Shown here in pieces: positions 42,127 to 56,138 of a stretch of 64,000 nt of DNA. The DNA is from Ramazzottius varieornatus (Eukaryota; Animalia; Tardigrada). A model generated the notes under the pieces. It did no database searches and was not told the DNA's origin. It worked only from the letters and a program-made list of their open reading frames with translations. Where the stretch lies: the NCBI GenBank assembly GCA_001949185.1, contig BDGG01000002.1:7926448-7990447 (forward strand), in the 5' to 3' direction. Positions within the stretch are counted from its first letter, which is position 1. Every line of letters starts with the position of its first letter. Both the position numbers and the translations under genes were made by a program.

Positions 42127-43344
42127 ATGCCACCTGTGCCACCGTCCGCTGCTTCGCACCGCCAGGCACATAATCACGGTCACGGACACGAGCCAGCCCA
42201 AGCCGCTGCTGACCCCGCTGCTCCAGAGATTATCATGCCCACCAGCGGGAAAGCCAAGGACCTTGACGACTTTGATCCAGCCCTGGAGGCTGAGATTGAT
42301 CAGTTTTACAAAGCCGTTCTTCCAGATGACGAGATCGTGGTTGCGCCTGGAGAAGAAAAATGGGAGGATGACGGCGAAGGTTTAGTAAGAGGTCTTCGAA
42401 TGCCTTCTCTTGCTTGTTCACCTAGCTGTACCGTAAAGCGGTTTGCAGATTGTCTGAGGACGGTGCTCCATTCTGCAGGATCCCATACAACCAAAACATG
42501 GCGACGGACCAGACGAAACGACGACTGATGCGCTGCCGCCACGTGTTCTACAACTCGAACTTCTTACACAGTCTGAGGAACGAAACGTCTTTGTTACGGT
42601 CCGTCGAATGTTCCAGTTCTTCGAGCTTCAACTGTGGGAGGTCCTTCCTGTGATCTCGCTGAAAGAAATGATGGAAGAGATGACCGAAGTATGTTACAGC
42701 TAAGCTATGGAATTACATTAGCTCTGCGTGATATTTTAGCGAAATGAACTTTTTCGAGGCAGGAGGCAATTGTGGTGTTGTGTATGTGTAGGTTTCTCCA
42801 CAGGATATGAAACTGTACTTGAAAAACGGTACAATCCTGGATGACAATAAGCTTCTTCGGGATTACGGCATCAATGCTGATGTCCATACCGTCGGGAATC
42901 CCGCGGAACTGTTCGTTGGTTACCGCGTGGACCTGGACGAGCTCACAGAAGGTAAGGACTTCTTCCTCACGCTGTAATGGTGTACGCCGTGGTCTTTGGG
43001 GTGAGTTTTCGAAGTCTTGAGGCTTATGCGAAGATATTTCAGACGAGGCCGAGGATGAGGAAGAAGCGGAGAATGCTTTGGACGTATCGCCGGATTTTGA
43101 GTACTTCGAGACTGTCTCGGATATTGATTTCACCAACGAGATTCTGCGTGACCGGGATTTTGACGAAGAGGAAGAAGATGTCTCCTACGATCCTAAGGTC
43201 CATAAGGTTATACAAGTACCAATGCGATTCACAGGCGACCCGATACCACCTGTAGGGTATAATCTTAAAGACATGAAGAAGATTCGAGGCGGCTTGAAAG
43301 ATGTCGGGGAAGAGCAGAAGAACGTAGACACGACTTGTGGATGA
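42127..43344 (+). CDS. Acidic protein (about 309 aa) with a central Elongin-B-like ubiquitin-fold domain
   Basis: Exons 42127-42384, 42479-42688, 42792-42951 and 43043-43344 splice in frame. The core NVFVTVRR..LKEMMEE..PQDMKLY..ILDDNKLLRDYG..NPAELFVGYR resembles Elongin B. Confidence 0.7.
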
Positions 43345-43619
43345 CCAGCAGGAAGAACAGGGTATGCTGATCGTCGAGGCCTCTCCCTCCTGTGCGAGGT
43401 ACATTGTCCCAGAGCCTGCTCGCGACCCGAACCCATACACGAAATGGCTGTACGCAGTTCATTCGTCGTTCTTTATTCAGGAAAGTGGAAAATGATATAT
43501 TTTCGCTGCGGATATCTTTACGAGATTTGGAAAGATTGTGACGGAAAGGACCGTTCTGCACTCATGGCATCTTGATCTCCAGTTTTTCCATTGAATGCTC
43601 GATTCAAACTAGAAAGTTC

Positions 43620-45756
43620 CCGATGCCCTGCTGTTGCTGTTTACGACAGACCAAAGAGACTCTCCAGTCCAGAAGCAATAAACCACGGTAGCGTAATGGT
43701 GACACTTGGGTAGATTTGTCGGTATGGTCTTAGCCGCCTTACTGATCTGTTATTATCGTGGTGGATATCAGGACTGTCGGTTTCGAGCGCAGGCGGACCC
43801 GTCAAGGATCGCATGCGTGGAAGAAAATCTGACAACACAGATTACGGAATCGCAGGTCGTGGAGACAACTCAGTGGCTCCTTGGGCAGCTGTCAGCATGC
43901 ACGGCCGGACTTTAAGTGAGCCTTATACGCGTACCCGACCTTATCCGCAGTATGATTTTCTACAGATGAAGTAGGAAGTGCATCGTTTCTCAGGTGTTAT
44001 ACGCGGCCAGCAATTTCCTTCAGTCCGTGAATGTCTTCCGAATACTCGTTATTCTGGCAGAGCTATAGATTCCCGTCCAAGCTGATTTACGGACAGCGCA
44101 CCCTGGGTTCGGCAAGTGGAGTCCAACAGGGTAATTCACTCGGCCCGATGTTGTTCTGTTTGGCCATCGAAGCCCTCAAGAAGCTCGTTTCCCTCTTCAA
44201 CCTTTGGTACCTCGACGACGGGACCATCGGTGGTGACTGCAATTAGGTTCTCGCGAATCTCTGCACCGTGATCTCCGAAGGAGCGAAAGTCGGCTTGGAG
44301 CTCAGCCCTTCGAAGTGCGAGCTCTTCATCCAGGGTGGCCATTCGAGCGAAACAGGAAGAATACGTAGAGCGTTCAACCTAGTCTGTCCTGGGATCCTGT
44401 TTCCGTCTCCGGCAGAACTAAGTCTCCTCGAAGCTCCCCTACTGGAAGAAGTACCGGAACCGGCCATCGACGAGAACAGAAGTAGGTTGTCAGTTTTGAC
44501 ATCAAGACTGAATCTTCTTTTTCCCCACCAGGCACTGTTCCTGCTGTAAAAACTGCCTGGGACTCCCGAAGGTGCTCTACGTCCTTCGCTGCTCTTCGAC
44601 TTGGAAAGTTCCTGCAGCACTACAGGCCTTCAATGAGGTTCTTCGTCGGAGCGTGGCGGAGATTACGAACAACAAAATGGACGGCCCCACATGGCTCCAA
44701 GCTTCCTTGCCCGTTAGTATGGGAGGTTTGGGCATCAGATCCACAGAGAGGATCGCGCTTCCAGCCTTTATGGCTTCGATCCATCCTGTGCAGGCGCTGG
44801 TGCTCTCCATCTACCCGGAAAGCAATCTGGATAGCGTCGTCAAAGACGGACTAGACCATTGGCCACATCTAACTTCCGCTGCGTTTTGCCCGTTCCCGCA
44901 CTTCGCCAACAACAGCGTGCCTGGGACCTGCCTATTGTCACGGAGCAGTGTGGAACGCTTTTGGACCAGAGCGACATGACGAACAAAGCAAGGTTGATGG
45001 CCGTTTCAACCAAGACTTCCGGTGCCTGACTACACGACCTGCCTGCCTCGTCACTCGGGGATCTTCTGGAAGACAATACACTGCGGTTCAGCGTTAGGCT
45101 GCGGCTAGAATCATGCCTCTGTCAGCCTCATCTCTGCCGCTGTGGGAAAGTGGACGGCACAGTAGGCATGCCAGCCTGAACGAGTCGGTACGGAGCGCCC
45201 TCGTTTCTGCATAAGTCCCCGCGATTCTAGAGTCTTCAGAGACGATGGACTCAGACCTGACGGGAAGACCATGATACCTCGGAGGTGAAAGAATTAGTCT
45301 GGGATGTGACGGTGGTTGACACATGAACAAAGTCTTACGTCAGCAAAACGAGTGAGAAGGTCGGAGCTGCAGCTGAAGATGCCCAAGAGAGAAAGATCCA
45401 GAAATAAAAGGTATCGTCTCGCAGTACGGCTTCGTTTCTTTGGGATTCGAGACCTGCGGACCATGGAGACCAGCAGCGACGGAGTTGATCACTGCGATCG
45501 GGAAGAAGCTTGTTGAGGTTTCGTTTGGAAGCAGATCTGCTCAGTATTTTAAGCAGCGTTCGTCTCTTGACATACAACGCGGAAATACTGTTTGTGTTAT
45601 GGGTACTTTGAAGGAGACTAGAGGACTCCAAGAGTTATTTTATGTTTTAGATCTTGAAAAAGGAAAAACCGGGTCCTCATAATTTTTTTATTTTAAATTA
45701 GTTTCTTGTTTTTATTACTGTCTTCTCTTGAAGAAAAAGTTATTTGTTTAAATAAA
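43620..45756 (+). mobile_element. Decayed non-LTR retrotransposon, CRE-like (RT plus restriction-like endonuclease)
   Basis: GVQQGNSLGP, WYLDDG, QASLPVSMGGLGIR, RHASLN, RPDG..LVWDVTV, FETCGPW and QR..IQRGN, with many stops and frameshifts and an AT-rich 3' end. 5' boundary approximate. Confidence 0.85.
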
Positions 45757-46365
45757 ACATGTTTATTTCCTTCAGTACCGGCAGGCGTTCGTACAGCTCA
45801 CTTCTCGCAGTCATCTGTAGTTTTAGGTGAGGACGATTACGAGAGTCGCATGACGATTGAATGGTTACAACTGTAAACGATTTGTCGGTCTTATATGCAT
45901 ACATAGTATCCTCTTGTTTTTTGACTCTTTTCCATCCGGAAAATTTTGATACCTCCCGCGACTGGACATACGATGCATGGCCGGCCGGACAAACTTTCCC
46001 CTGCATTAATATAAGTGCAAGCTGTGAGCGAGCCGAAGGCGAAGCGCGCAGCTTGCCTTAAGGCCGAGCAGGATGGCAGACGGGTTTTCCGACTATGAAT
46101 TCGTGACTTATAAGACTGAATAGAGCAAATCTTCTTCTGTCTGATGGTACTCATTGCTTACGAATAGTTAACCGGGAATGTTTAATAGAAGAGTTTGAAC
46201 AAGGAAGTGAATGGGAATTTCTGACTGACCAGTGGGCCAGTCAGCATTGCCCTGTCCACACAATTAGTTAGGTCCTCCATGACTGGAACAGAGCTGCGGA
46301 GAAGCTGAAAATGGTGTTTGGCATGTAAGCCACCGATAATAGGCGAAGTTATTTGCTGTTACTTT

Positions 46366-46484
46366 TACTGTATACTCTCCCGAAATTCACGTACGTCACT
46401 CCCTTCAGAGTGTAGAACTAGACGGTAAGACCCCAATGATTTGAGAGTCAATGACGCACGTGAATTTCGGGAAAGCATACAGTA
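46366..46484. mobile_element. Short (about 120 bp) foldback MITE
   Basis: tactgtatactctcccgaaattcacgtacgtca pairs with tgacgcacgtgaatttcgggaaagcatacagta. Confidence 0.65.
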
Positions 46485-46769
46485 TCAGTTCTTGAAGGTG
46501 CCGATCATTTCGGAAAGTAAATCAGTCAAGACGTTAGCAGGCTTCCAGTCAGTTATATTTGAAATGTTGGATACTCCCCGAAATTTTCGGCATTCTGTCT
46601 AAAGTATCCTATTGCAAACGGTTTTTTAGTATTCGTCTTATTTGGAAGGAAGAAAGAGTCGCAGAAACGCAGCTACGCACGCAAGTACAAAGTGCCGTGT
46701 TTGTGTGACCCGTAAGCACAAAATATGCGAAGACATGAGAACGCTTCTATAACACCGGTCGAAATGGTT

Positions 46770-49700
46770 TTTACGAAGATGACCTGGCAGATTGCGAATA
46801 ACAGTGAAAGGCAGTGGAGAAGGCTTTGCAGAAAACGATCGGTGGCAGCCCAGTCCAGGATAGCGTTGATTGTATTAGGGGTGATCGGGTATTACGGTAG
46901 AGCACGCGCAGAAGCTCGGCGAGTCTGGTATCGTTGTCCTTCGGTACATCATGCTGAGCGAAGTTTTTCTGTTGGTGTTGACGGAGGCTTGGTGACGAGA
47001 GGACCGGAAAGGGGATCTTGAAGTCGCCGACTATTTCTGCGGACAACGGAGAGGGAGCTTCGTCCAGGGCTTCTAAGGCTTCTTGCAATTCTGGCAAGTT
47101 TTTCAAAGCCGGGTCTTGTGGGTCGACTAAGGCGGCTGGATGAGGAGCCGGCTGGTGACACCGACCATGGAAACGATGGCATGTTGGCGGTAGTAAGCGT
47201 GTCCCTGTGGACAAACGCTCCAGTAGGTGGCGTCGTGGTCGTCGGTATCGTAGAGCTCGAAACAGCAAGACTGTTGGTCCATGTGGGCGGCCATGCAATC
47301 CGCGCGAAACCAGCGAAGCCATTCTCCATGCCGATGGTTTGTTGGCTTGGATGCGGTTCACCATATAGCAAGGTTCCTCTGACGGTCCCGGATTTTGGTG
47401 GATGTGAAGCGGTTTGCGAGGTTTCTGGACATTCTGGATTCTGTAGCTCACAGGGCCGAGTTGAACGACGATCCACCTAGGACCATGCCAGTGATGCAAA
47501 AGCTTTGAGGTCAGACCGTTTTCTTGAGTTTTCCGATGAGTTCCTCCTCGCGGTATTTCGGTGGAGACCAGAGTAAAACTAAGTCGTTTGTGGAGAAGGA
47601 CGTGTTTCTGACTTTTGCGTTAAGTGAATGGCTTCTCTGTCGTGTATTAGGTTTGATTCTTGCTGCGCGAGTTCTCGAATCTGGTTTACCCATGATTGAC
47701 CGAGAGTGTGGTACGACTCCGCATCGTCTACCCAATCATGCCCGTCAAAGCCGAGTGCGACATCTTGAGGGAGATTAGTTGACGTCCATAGACGAGTTCG
47801 AACGCGGTATACTTCGTTGTTTTCTGGTAGCAGAAGTTGAGGGCGAGTGCGTACTAGACAAGAGGCGGTCCCAGTCGCGGTGGTCTTTGCTAAGATAGTG
47901 GGGAATCTCTTCGCTGATGACACCATTGTAGCTTTCAGTAAGGCCGTTACAGCGTGGATTGTAAGCGGTGGTAGTACGATGCTCGGTACCGGGCAGCTTA
48001 AGGACCTCTTGCATTTGGCCCGAAAGAAACTGAGAGCCCTTGTCGCTGACAAAAACCTTGGATGCGCCATGCCGCAGAACAATCGGTTGCCAGAAGAAAT
48101 GGGCGGAAGCAGTGGAATCGTGAGCGCGAATCGCTCTGGTTTCGATCCATTTGGTGCGGTAGTCGACTGCCACAAGAAGGTAGCGGTTGCGTCTGCGCGA
48201 CGAAAGGACCTTGGAAGTCTATGCCGGCGGTCTGGAATGGTCCGTCTACAGGGAGGTTGTAATTGACCAATAGGTCGTTGGTTCGGCGATTTCTTCAGCT
48301 GGCAAGATTGACAGCTGGCACAGTATGTGGCCGCATCGTTCAGAAGGTTCGGCCAGTAGTAATTCGTAAAGAGGCGTTCAAAAGCTTGGGTAATGCCGAG
48401 ATGATTTGAGTTATCGTGAGCTTCTCGAAGTATATCAGTCCGGTGGACTTTCGGAACGACCAGTTGTAGCCGAAGCTGGTTTTCTCGGTAGCCCATGCGG
48501 TAGATTCTGATGCCACAATCTTTTTTTACATTGAAGTAACCTGATGTTTCTGTGACCAAACCTCCGCCAACCGCCGCCTTGCCAGTCAAGCTAAGGGTTT
48601 TGCGAGGTGAACCCGATGTGCTGATGTCGCACCAGCACAAACCATAAAAAAAATCCAGACAACCCTTTGATTTCCCCCGACGGAGAGGCGCGGCTGAATT
48701 AAACTTGGTTTTTGACTGGCGGTCCTGCTGTTTTCGGCTGCCTGTTAACTTTCGCAAGATTTCGTTTTGAAAATTCTATTATTCCAGAAATTTCGATTTT
48801 CTCCGACGTATTGTTTATCTTGTTCATCCTGGTCCGTAAGGCATCCCCTGTTGGTCATTTGGGACACAAAGTGCCTTGGGAAGGGAGTTCGGGAGTCAGA
48901 CGACGGAGAAGCACGGAGTCTGCGAAAACGTGAAGACAAGTTTTCGCAGCTGATGCAATTACCGCAAGTTGCTCGTACACCCTAATAATACTGCACCTAT
49001 TTCCAAGGTATCGTATGCTTCTTCATAATCGCTTTTCATACTAGAAGATCGCGAAGCCTCGTGGTGTCTGGCTTCTGATATCTGGAACTTCTCGCGTATG
49101 TCTTAGGCGGCAGTCGGGAGCCGGATGTGTCCTCTCCAGCGATATCGCTCCCGATCCATCGATCACTCAATCGGGTAACGATAACGTTGTTCGAGTTGCA
49201 TCGGTTGATTTTCTACAGTTTAGAACTAGAGCCCTGCAGCCGTAGCTGAACCAGTGCTGCTTCTGCACTGCATCCGGTTTCCAGAAACTCAACTGCACTG
49301 CATCTGCAATTCTGTGTTTTCCAAACTGCAACTGCACTGAACAGCATTTAAAAATTAAGAGTTCCTGCCCACCAACGGAAATGCAGGTCAAAAACAACGT
49401 AAACCTCGTTGTTTTACTGTGATGAACGGTGCAATTTTTTTCAAAACTGCAACCTCACTGCAACTGCATTTTCTCACCATTTCGGCGACTGCAACTGCAA
49501 TGCATTGCAGTAAAATGCGGTGCAGTGCAGAACGTGCTGCATATTGCAGGGCTCTATTTAGGGCAGGCCAAACAGCCAGAATCCATACTGCTTCCTTACC
49601 ACCTGGTCTTATGGTTTCAGGGCTCATCCAGGCGGGTCTGTTTCTCTTTTTTCGAAGTTGCTGGACCATCTTAGGTCAAGTCTGCATCTCACCTGGGTAT

Positions 49701-50430
49701 CTTTGTCGTATCTTTCCTATCTTACGCTGCTGTCGTCTTGAGCGATATCGCTTCCTCCGTTGGATTTCGTGCATCGAACTTTGTCACATGCCTAGAGTAT
49801 AGTCTTAGATTTCTTGAATTTCTGCCTCGTTTCTTCTTTCTGTCATTGTTCGCGGATGTGAGGAGCAGCGGAGTAGGAAATAATAAAAATTATCATTTTG
49901 GGTTTTATTAGGGTTCCTATCCCAGTAAAAAAATTCAGAACTTTTGCATGTCCGACAAACTTATATTTCCCAGCGGTAAACTGATAATGTCATTTTCATG
50001 TCGTTATGGAGGTTACTTGTGGGTTGGTATCTGGACCATAGCTGAGACCTTGAGGATTCCCGAAGGTTTCAGCGACGTTTCTGATGGCTGTTGCAGTTTG
50101 GAAAACAGCACAGAATTGCAGATGCAGTGCAGTTGAGTTTCTGGAAACAGGAAGAGCAGCCTGTTCTTGAGAACATAGCGGAGACCTCTCTGGCGGTGCT
50201 TAGATTCGTTTGTGGGTCCTTGAAGGAGAGAGATCGTCGGAGCGCAGAAGGAATCCTTCGCTTGTAGGTCTCGAAGGGATGGGGTGGAGACGGGTACAGT
50301 CAATGGCCATCAGGCCGACGAGCGCATTGTGGTTCGTCATGACGGTAAACCTTTTCGAGCCACCGAGGTAACTATGAAGTTCTTCCATTCCAACGAATGC
50401 ACGAACAAAAACGCGCAACACTCAACCGTA
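46770..50430 (-). mobile_element. Decayed Ty3/Gypsy LTR retrotransposon pol (RNase H-integrase), interrupted by insertions
   Basis: RNase H end SYLGGSKRFTVMTNHNAL; HHCC region AHDNSNHLG..YYWP..CQSCQ; integrase core PFQTAGIDF, AVDYRTKW, SDKGSQF and TTAYNPRCNGLTE; a GPY/F-like WHGPRWIV; frameshifted. Confidence 0.85.
49277..50148. mobile_element. TIR element nested in the Gypsy pol, rich in ctgca repeats
   Basis: gtttccagaaactcaactgcactgcatctgcaattctgtg..ccaaactgcaac at 49277-49332 is reverse-complemented at 50090-50148. Confidence 0.7.
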
Positions 50431-51954
50431 GTCGACGACAGAGCTGTATTAGTCCAAGCTATGCAAGACGACGATTAAATCTACCGTTCGGCGCAAGGCC
50501 TGACGCTGCAAAGCCAAGCTAACTTAATACTAAAATAAGAAGACTGGACCAAACCATGGGTCCGGCCAGTTAAACTAACCTGCCATGCCCGCCGCTCCTC
50601 ACAGAGTTTGATCTACAACGGTCTTACACAGCACAAGAGCAATCGTGATTCAGAAAGCATCAGTGGATGCCCAACCTGACAGGTGGCGGAAGTTCGAACC
50701 GCCAAGGCTCGCAGAAAGTGTTCTCAACTGCCATGAGTTACAGTGGATTTATTGAAGTGAGGCCAAAAAGTTTTACGACTCCCGAAAGTGAGTCTCCACA
50801 GAAATGCAATTCCCCAGATTTTCGAAGGGCTCTCCGGGATTTCTTACGGTCGCTCTGGGACTCGACATACATACCGTGGCAGATAAGATTCCGCCAGATT
50901 TCATGCTGCTGGGTGTTTTGTACATGTTCCGCGATTTGGTGATTGCGGGAGATACTTAGTATCACCAGAGTGCCTGTGGCGACTCTCGATGCTATGGTAT
51001 GTCATGCCATATCATATCATGTCACGTCAGTCAAGCTTATGGCAAGAGCGCCTCTGGGAATTTCCAGCTTCCCAGCTGTGGATGCCATCGTGCCGAAGCT
51101 TACACAAGTCAGTTCTCCCTTTTGCTGGTACCAAATGGTCTTGCTCTTGATTGACTCATTTTGAGTGTTCGGATGTCATATTTTCCCCGTCTTGCATCCC
51201 GCTTCCGTGTTCTCCCTGACCTTGCCGGTGACATCTCAGAGCGGTATGTTTAGGCCCTGAGCTTGCTGGTGGCGTTTCTAAGAGACATGTTCAGGATGGC
51301 GTAGACGTCCGATCAACTTCCGGCTCGATTCCTTGTGTTCCTTGCCAGGGCTAGTTTTCAGGACTCGAAGTTATAGATCTTCTGTCCGGGATCGGTCGTG
51401 AGTCGGGGCGAGAGACCTCGTCCACTGAAGGCTAGACTAGTAAGCCTCTTTCCAGTTGGGCATACCTGCGGTTACAAAGCGTGAGCCTCGTCATCTGTCG
51501 GAGAAGAGCTGAGCAGTTGTCGAGTAACACTGAACTTTCGGGAATAGCGATAGCTTTCTGGAGGTGTAACGTTGACGCTGTTGACAGCAGTACGGGATTT
51601 GAGTTACCGGAGATTTCATACTCCCGGATTTCTTGTACAAATCCCGGAACTTGTCGATCACGGGATTCGTACAGCACGAGAATTGGGTTACCCAGGATCT
51701 GGATTCATCACCGGATTTTGTGATGGAGGGAATAATACTCTCCACCGAGCCGAACAAAGCAGGTTCTCCGAGTAACGCATTCTATCAGCCAGTGGGTAAT
51801 CTGCGCGAGCTTATCTCCCATATCGAGAAATCGTCTGAATGCGGACTGCTTTCGTGTTGGTCTTCGTATTTTCTTTTATGCTTTTCCGACGTGAAAGTTC
51901 TCGTTGCTGGGCCCCCTTACCATCTGGTCATCAATGCTGGGCTCAGAAAGATCA

Positions 51955-52176
51955 AATGAGCAGTGGGCAGAGTAGAACAGGAAGGCGTGGCCAGATGACA
52001 TCATATGGAGAAGGGCATGGAGTTGAAGAATATTCGTAAACGACCAATCAGTGAACAGAACGTCTGACTGGAACAATCTTGATTGGCCGATCAAAGATCA
52101 TTTTCCTTTTTGTTCCCGCTCCATACTTCCCAAACTTGCCCCGCCTTCCTGTTCCACTCTGTCCACTGCTCATATG
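51955..52176. repeat. Inverted repeat of about 35 bp
   Basis: atgagcagtgggcagagtagaacaggaaggcg versus cgccttcctgttccactctgtccactgctcat. Confidence 0.6.
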
Positions 52177-53989
52177 AAAGAAATCATTTCGGACTTGGTA
52201 CTTTCCTTTTATGAGTGTAGGAACATGTCTGAAGACATCACTTGCTAGTCTTGATGAGGGGACTAGATGGCCAACGCGCACCTCTGCGCACCCACAGGTA
52301 ACGATTGATCAGTGGTCGCCCTTTTGCTGACCATCCACCCCTGAAGCAAGAGTAAAAGTCCCTTGGGAAGGGCCCACGCGAATTATTTTTGCGGAGCGCT
52401 TTTCCATCGATTGCTTGAAAAGCGCCGACGGTGTTCTCAGCGAGACTATAGGAGACCTTAATTTCCCTCAGATAACTATTTGGCCAGTCACCCCAGCTGC
52501 TGACTGTAAACAGTGACGCATGGACCACGTGACATGACTGTAACGAACAGCTTCACTTGAGTTACTTTGATAGCTAGATCGTTGCTATTTTCTACGAAAA
52601 CTCTTCATCACGAAGCAGGCTAAAAGTGGACGGATGGAGAATCGGGCCCTTCTTGCTGCTTTCTCGGCGAACACTCAAACCACTGAGCCATCCAGGCTAC
52701 TAACTGCTACGTGATTATTCTCACCTAGCCGCCTTTGCTCGCTAGGTCAATCCTTACATGACGTCACTGCACATGATATGGTATATGTGATATCGCATGA
52801 TATGTTACATGACTTTGACCATATGACCAGAAAAAATTACCGAGAAATTTGAGAAAGATCTGGGAAAGGTACCCGGCCCTTCCAGAGCGCTCCGCAATGC
52901 CCGATGAAAAACGTTCAGATTCTCCGAAGGATTTTCATGAACGAACGCGGCAACCCATAACGTGTTGCACCCTCAGTTCACTACACACCAAATAACGTAC
53001 GGCGTTTGACCGCGACAGCTTGCCAGGTGGAAGGCTGCTTAGAGTTAGCCAGCACCTTCCCTACCGGGACGCTACCTCTTTTTCATCACAACTTCAATCT
53101 TCCTGGCTGCACGTGACGACTCTCCACGGTTTGAGTTACTGCGGAGTGGGTTTGCTTCGTGATACCATACGGAGCAATAGAGCAAGCGTTCCCAGCAGAA
53201 ACCGTGCAGTAAGGAACGCGGATCAAAGTCCAAGGGATATCCGTTTCCCAAAGACAGTCCATAAGTCGGTCATCTTCTATCTGATCAGCCTGAACTTTGG
53301 ATCTAAAAGAAGCGCCAATGACTAATACAGGAAGGTGCGGTAGCCGCTGTAAATCGACCCAAAGTCCCAAACAGCCCTAGGTGGAAAAATCCATTCCTGA
53401 ACATTTCGTCCGGTGACCAAAGTACTAAGTTCGAAATCAGTTCTTCATATGAAGGCGAAAAAAGAGCATAACGGGCTGAGACCAATTTGCTGTGATCGTT
53501 AGTCCACTACCGCGGAAACAGCCACAACTTCGCGACCGCTGGCCTGACGAGCCTGTACTCTGCGGTTCTAGGCACCCCGTTTAATGCGCTACGAGACAGC
53601 ATGCGCCGTTTTTAACACCCCACTCGAAAAAGCCTTTTCCGAAACATTCTCTTCCGCTGTTATTCTCTTCCGGTTAGCTTTTGACGTTTTCCAGTGCGCT
53701 CCACGTTTGAACATTGGAGTGCTTATCGGAACGCTTTGGAATGGCAAGTAAGTAAGAATGAAGTGTAGATCACTGATTCCAAAGTACGTCACTGACGCAA
53801 TTGATTTGATCAACCTGCAGGAATCACCTTTCACCTTGGTTCGCTTTAAAGTACTGTATTTTTTCGATATTTTCGCGCATCACGTCATAGAACCAGTGTT
53901 AAAAGCCCGTACACAATTCAGCAGGATACAGTTGATTGATTTGATTTATGAAGATGGTACCGCTGTACAGTTCTACGTACAGTAATCAA

Positions 53990-54100
53990 GATTAAGGCAA
54001 GACTTTATCGATTTTGTTTCCGGTGCCTGGGAAAAGGTGAAAGTTACTACGGTTGAAAATTCTTTCGTTGGCGCACAGATTGTACCAGAGCCTCTTTACA
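53990..54100 (+). pseudogene. pogo/Tigger-type DDE transposase C-terminal remnant
   Basis: IDFVSGAWEKVKVTTVENSF matches the AWxxVxxxTIxNxF motif. No intact ORF. Confidence 0.45.
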
Positions 54101-54487
54101 TGATAGCTAATCCTGAAGAAGCTTCTGAAGTAGATAATCTGGACGATACTTTCGACTGCAGCTTCAGCTCGGTGGAGGATTCTTTCACGGAGGCGTAGAG
54201 TTTACTTGATTTCTAGTGAAATTTGTATCAATCTCAGTTGATTATTGATCAGTGAAAATCAAAGCTGTCGTAGTACCGGGGTGTTTATGACGTACTGAGT
54301 CACGTGCTGCGCGAAAATATCGAAAAAATACAGTACTAAAATCCGCTGCGTTCGCGCAGCACGTCCCCGTACACGTGAAGCACAGCATCGGTCCGGCTTT
54401 ACATTCTGTTCGACCCCCAACAGGGTGCATCGTCACGTACTTGTACGTGACGATGCACCCGGACGCACCGAATTTTTATGTCAATAG

Positions 54488-54640
54488 TACGAGGAGCAAC
54501 GTCTTACTTTGCTCAGCGTACATCTTTGCTCACTATACGTCACGAGCTATGCGCAAGCTTCTCGGGTGTTTTGGCGAAAGCGTGACTTGCGTAAGCAACG
54601 TTTTACCCTGAGCACAGCAAGACCTCGCTCCTCGTTTTAC
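54488..54640. mobile_element. Foldback MITE, copy 1 (about 150 bp)
   Basis: cgaggagcaacgtcttactttgctcagcgta ... accctgagcacagcaagacctcgctcctcg; a related copy lies at about 57050. Confidence 0.7.
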
Positions 54641-55657
54641 GATGGATCCGGCATCAAGAAACCGTAACAATACTTTAACCTTAAAAAAGCTGTTCCGAGC
54701 TAAACCCCTCACCCTCAAATCCGCAGCATTCTCGCCCCCTTAGACACTTCAGCCCCCAGGCCGACGTCTGGGTCTGTGAGTGTGTGTCTGGACCATAGCA
54801 GCAACCTCGAGAATTCCAGGAGGTTCCGCGACGGTTCTGATCGCCGTGGCATCAGGGATTTGGTGTCTTACAGTTGTGGGTTACAAGCTGGTCGCTCGCA
54901 GCTTGCTTTGAATGGGTTCCGTGGCTCCTGGATCTTGTTTCAAATAAAAATTGGTTCGCTGTTTCAGCTGGTAAGAAGGGATGGTTACGTTCTGCTACAC
55001 TGCTGCACTTCTGCAGGTCAAATAAGACGAGATTAAGGTCCTTGTGATTGCGAAGATGAATCAAACAAACGACAACTAATTGATTTTGAAAATCATGGTT
55101 TATAAAAGCATTTGCTGAAACCTTTGAGAGGTTGCAAAGCTCGTGGGAGCTTGAGACGAACGATGAAGCATTTAAGCTGGCCATGATAGTTTGCCTGGTA
55201 ATAATTAGCTCTCCAAGTTAAAAAAGAGCAGGGGCAAATGTAATTCTGATTGACTGGTTGTTCGGAGTGATCACTCTGCGCTGGCCGGCCATCGGCTACG
55301 TTTCCCACTGCGTTCGGCAAGCCAGAATATTACTGAAGGCAAATCGGAGAATTTTAGCAGACGGCGGAGAGTTTCCTTGGGGATTCACGAACGAAGCCCC
55401 CTTTGTTTCGTGAATCGCGAACCGAATTATTAATTGTAATTTTTTAAATGCAAACAAACATTTTCAAATGCAGTCGTTTGGCTAAACCGTTGTTTGTTCA
55501 AACCATCTGCGCAAAACGCAACGTGTCTAATGAAGAATACACTAGAAAGAAGGTTGTGTTATATAAAATTGCTGATGCGCATGATGATGGGACGGTTTCG
55601 TAGGAAGTATGGGTTCTACATGTTGACACTTATACAGTACCACAACCGTACTCTTTG

Positions 55658-56138
55658 GGGGCCATCCAAGTATTACGTAAGATGATAGGTGGTGGGTAAA
55701 GATCACGCAAAACCTGACTAAATCTGACACGGAGGGGAAGGGCTTTCCACAACGTACGTAAGATCGGTGAAATTTTGACAAATTTAGGCAGAGTTTTCAA
55801 GCGTGATGAAAGGCAGTAGATGTTCCGTGTTTCAAACTCGAAGTTTTCAGGCGTTTCGTTCATGAGAGAAAGATACAAGAAATTGACTCGAAGTAATTAG
55901 ATCTTCGGAATCATGGTTTCATGTGGGAGATAGAACCCCTGTATCTCTTCGCTTTTAAATTGACTTCGAATGTTTTTGACGTAGATTAGTCAAAAATCTC
56001 CCACAGCTGAGGTAGGAATCAGAAAATCTTACGTCGGGCTGGGAGGGGTGTCCTCGAAGTTCTGACCAGATCTGACAATGATGAGGGTACGGGTCAAAAC
56101 AGGCCGATTTTCGCCTCACGTAATACTTGGATGGCCCC
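55658..56138. mobile_element. MITE with perfect 21-bp TIR GGGGCCATCCAAGTATTACGT
   Basis: TIR at 55658-55678 with an exact reverse complement at 56118-56138. GGGGCC termini are PIF/Harbinger-like (inference); no clear TSD. Confidence 0.8.

Noticed and set aside
50682-50704. tRNA-like T-arm (ggcggaagttcgaaccgcc)
   Set aside because: No D-arm, anticodon arm or acceptor stem can be built.
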